This document shows positions 63,821 to 64,000 of a DNA stretch of 64,000 bases, piece by piece. The position numbers were made by a program, and so were the translations under genes. The notes under the pieces were generated by a model, which was not told the origin of the DNA, did no database searches, and was given only the letters and a program-made list of their open reading frames with translations. Source of the DNA: a virus; the IMG/VR virus record IMGVR_UViG_3300031950_000001, positions 32,001 through 96,000 of that record, one strand, 5' to 3'. How positions within the stretch are numbered: position 1 is the stretch's first letter; each line of letters starts with the position of its first letter.

Positions 63821-64000
63821 GTGTTGCCTCTAAACGTCGAGCTTTATTCGATTCTCGAAAAAACCTTTGGATCCGTAAAGATCGCCAAAACCGGCGAACC
63901 GTTCCGCTATAATGCCGGAACGTTTGCCGGTTCTTCTTTTTTCGAAATCATCGATTACGGTGAAACGTACCGAGTCTGCTGTCCGTTCTGTCTGAAACGG
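63821..64000 (+). CDS. Probable primase, N-terminal Zn-binding region (truncated by window end)
   Basis: AAGGAG RBS, open frame to the window end, GETYRVCCPFC, and position after the DnaB-like gene. Confidence 0.6.
   Translation, partial: MLPLNVELYSILEKTFGSVKIAKTGEPFRYNAGTFAGSSFFEIIDYGETYRVCCPFCLKR

Noticed and set aside
1-64000. tRNA/rRNA genes, terminase, portal, sheath, alternative genetic code
   Set aside because: None was recognisable by eye. Long ORFs tile the window under the standard code with all three stop codons in use.

Overview
This window is best read as a segment of a large tailed (probably myovirus-like) phage genome. Nearly every credible gene is on the + strand; the exception is an inserted IS607 element. 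From left to right: (i) 0.3-13.4 kb holds two tandem families of unknown proteins, each with its own conserved N-terminal leader ending in K-x-A/G and hypervariable C-termini, flanking the C-terminal half of a split RNA polymerase beta' subunit; (ii) 15-39 kb is a head/neck/tail module with a probable prohead protease, acidic scaffold, major capsid protein, neck proteins, tube-like proteins, a tail chaperone with a -1 slippery site and baseplate-like proteins, and its head proteins are strongly enriched in K-x-A; (iii) 39-57 kb has paralog arrays, an SbcD/SbcC-like pair, a RuvC-like resolvase, a highly structured candidate ncRNA, and a secreted trypsin-like protease gene split by a complete IS607 (tnpA+tnpB); (iv) 57-64 kb has repeat-rich appendage proteins, an SF2 helicase, a DnaB-like helicase and the start of a probable primase. 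Two dispersed DNA-level systems overlay this: 16 copies of the palindrome TTTGATTCCGGAATCAAA at gene boundaries, and four non-autonomous IS607 right-end/omegaRNA copies, two of which sit in Shine-Dalgarno positions (target GGAG). The most promising undescribed system is a K-x-A-coded leader/protease route for loading polymorphic glycine-zipper proteins into the capsid. All product calls come from motif reading by eye; no database searches were run.
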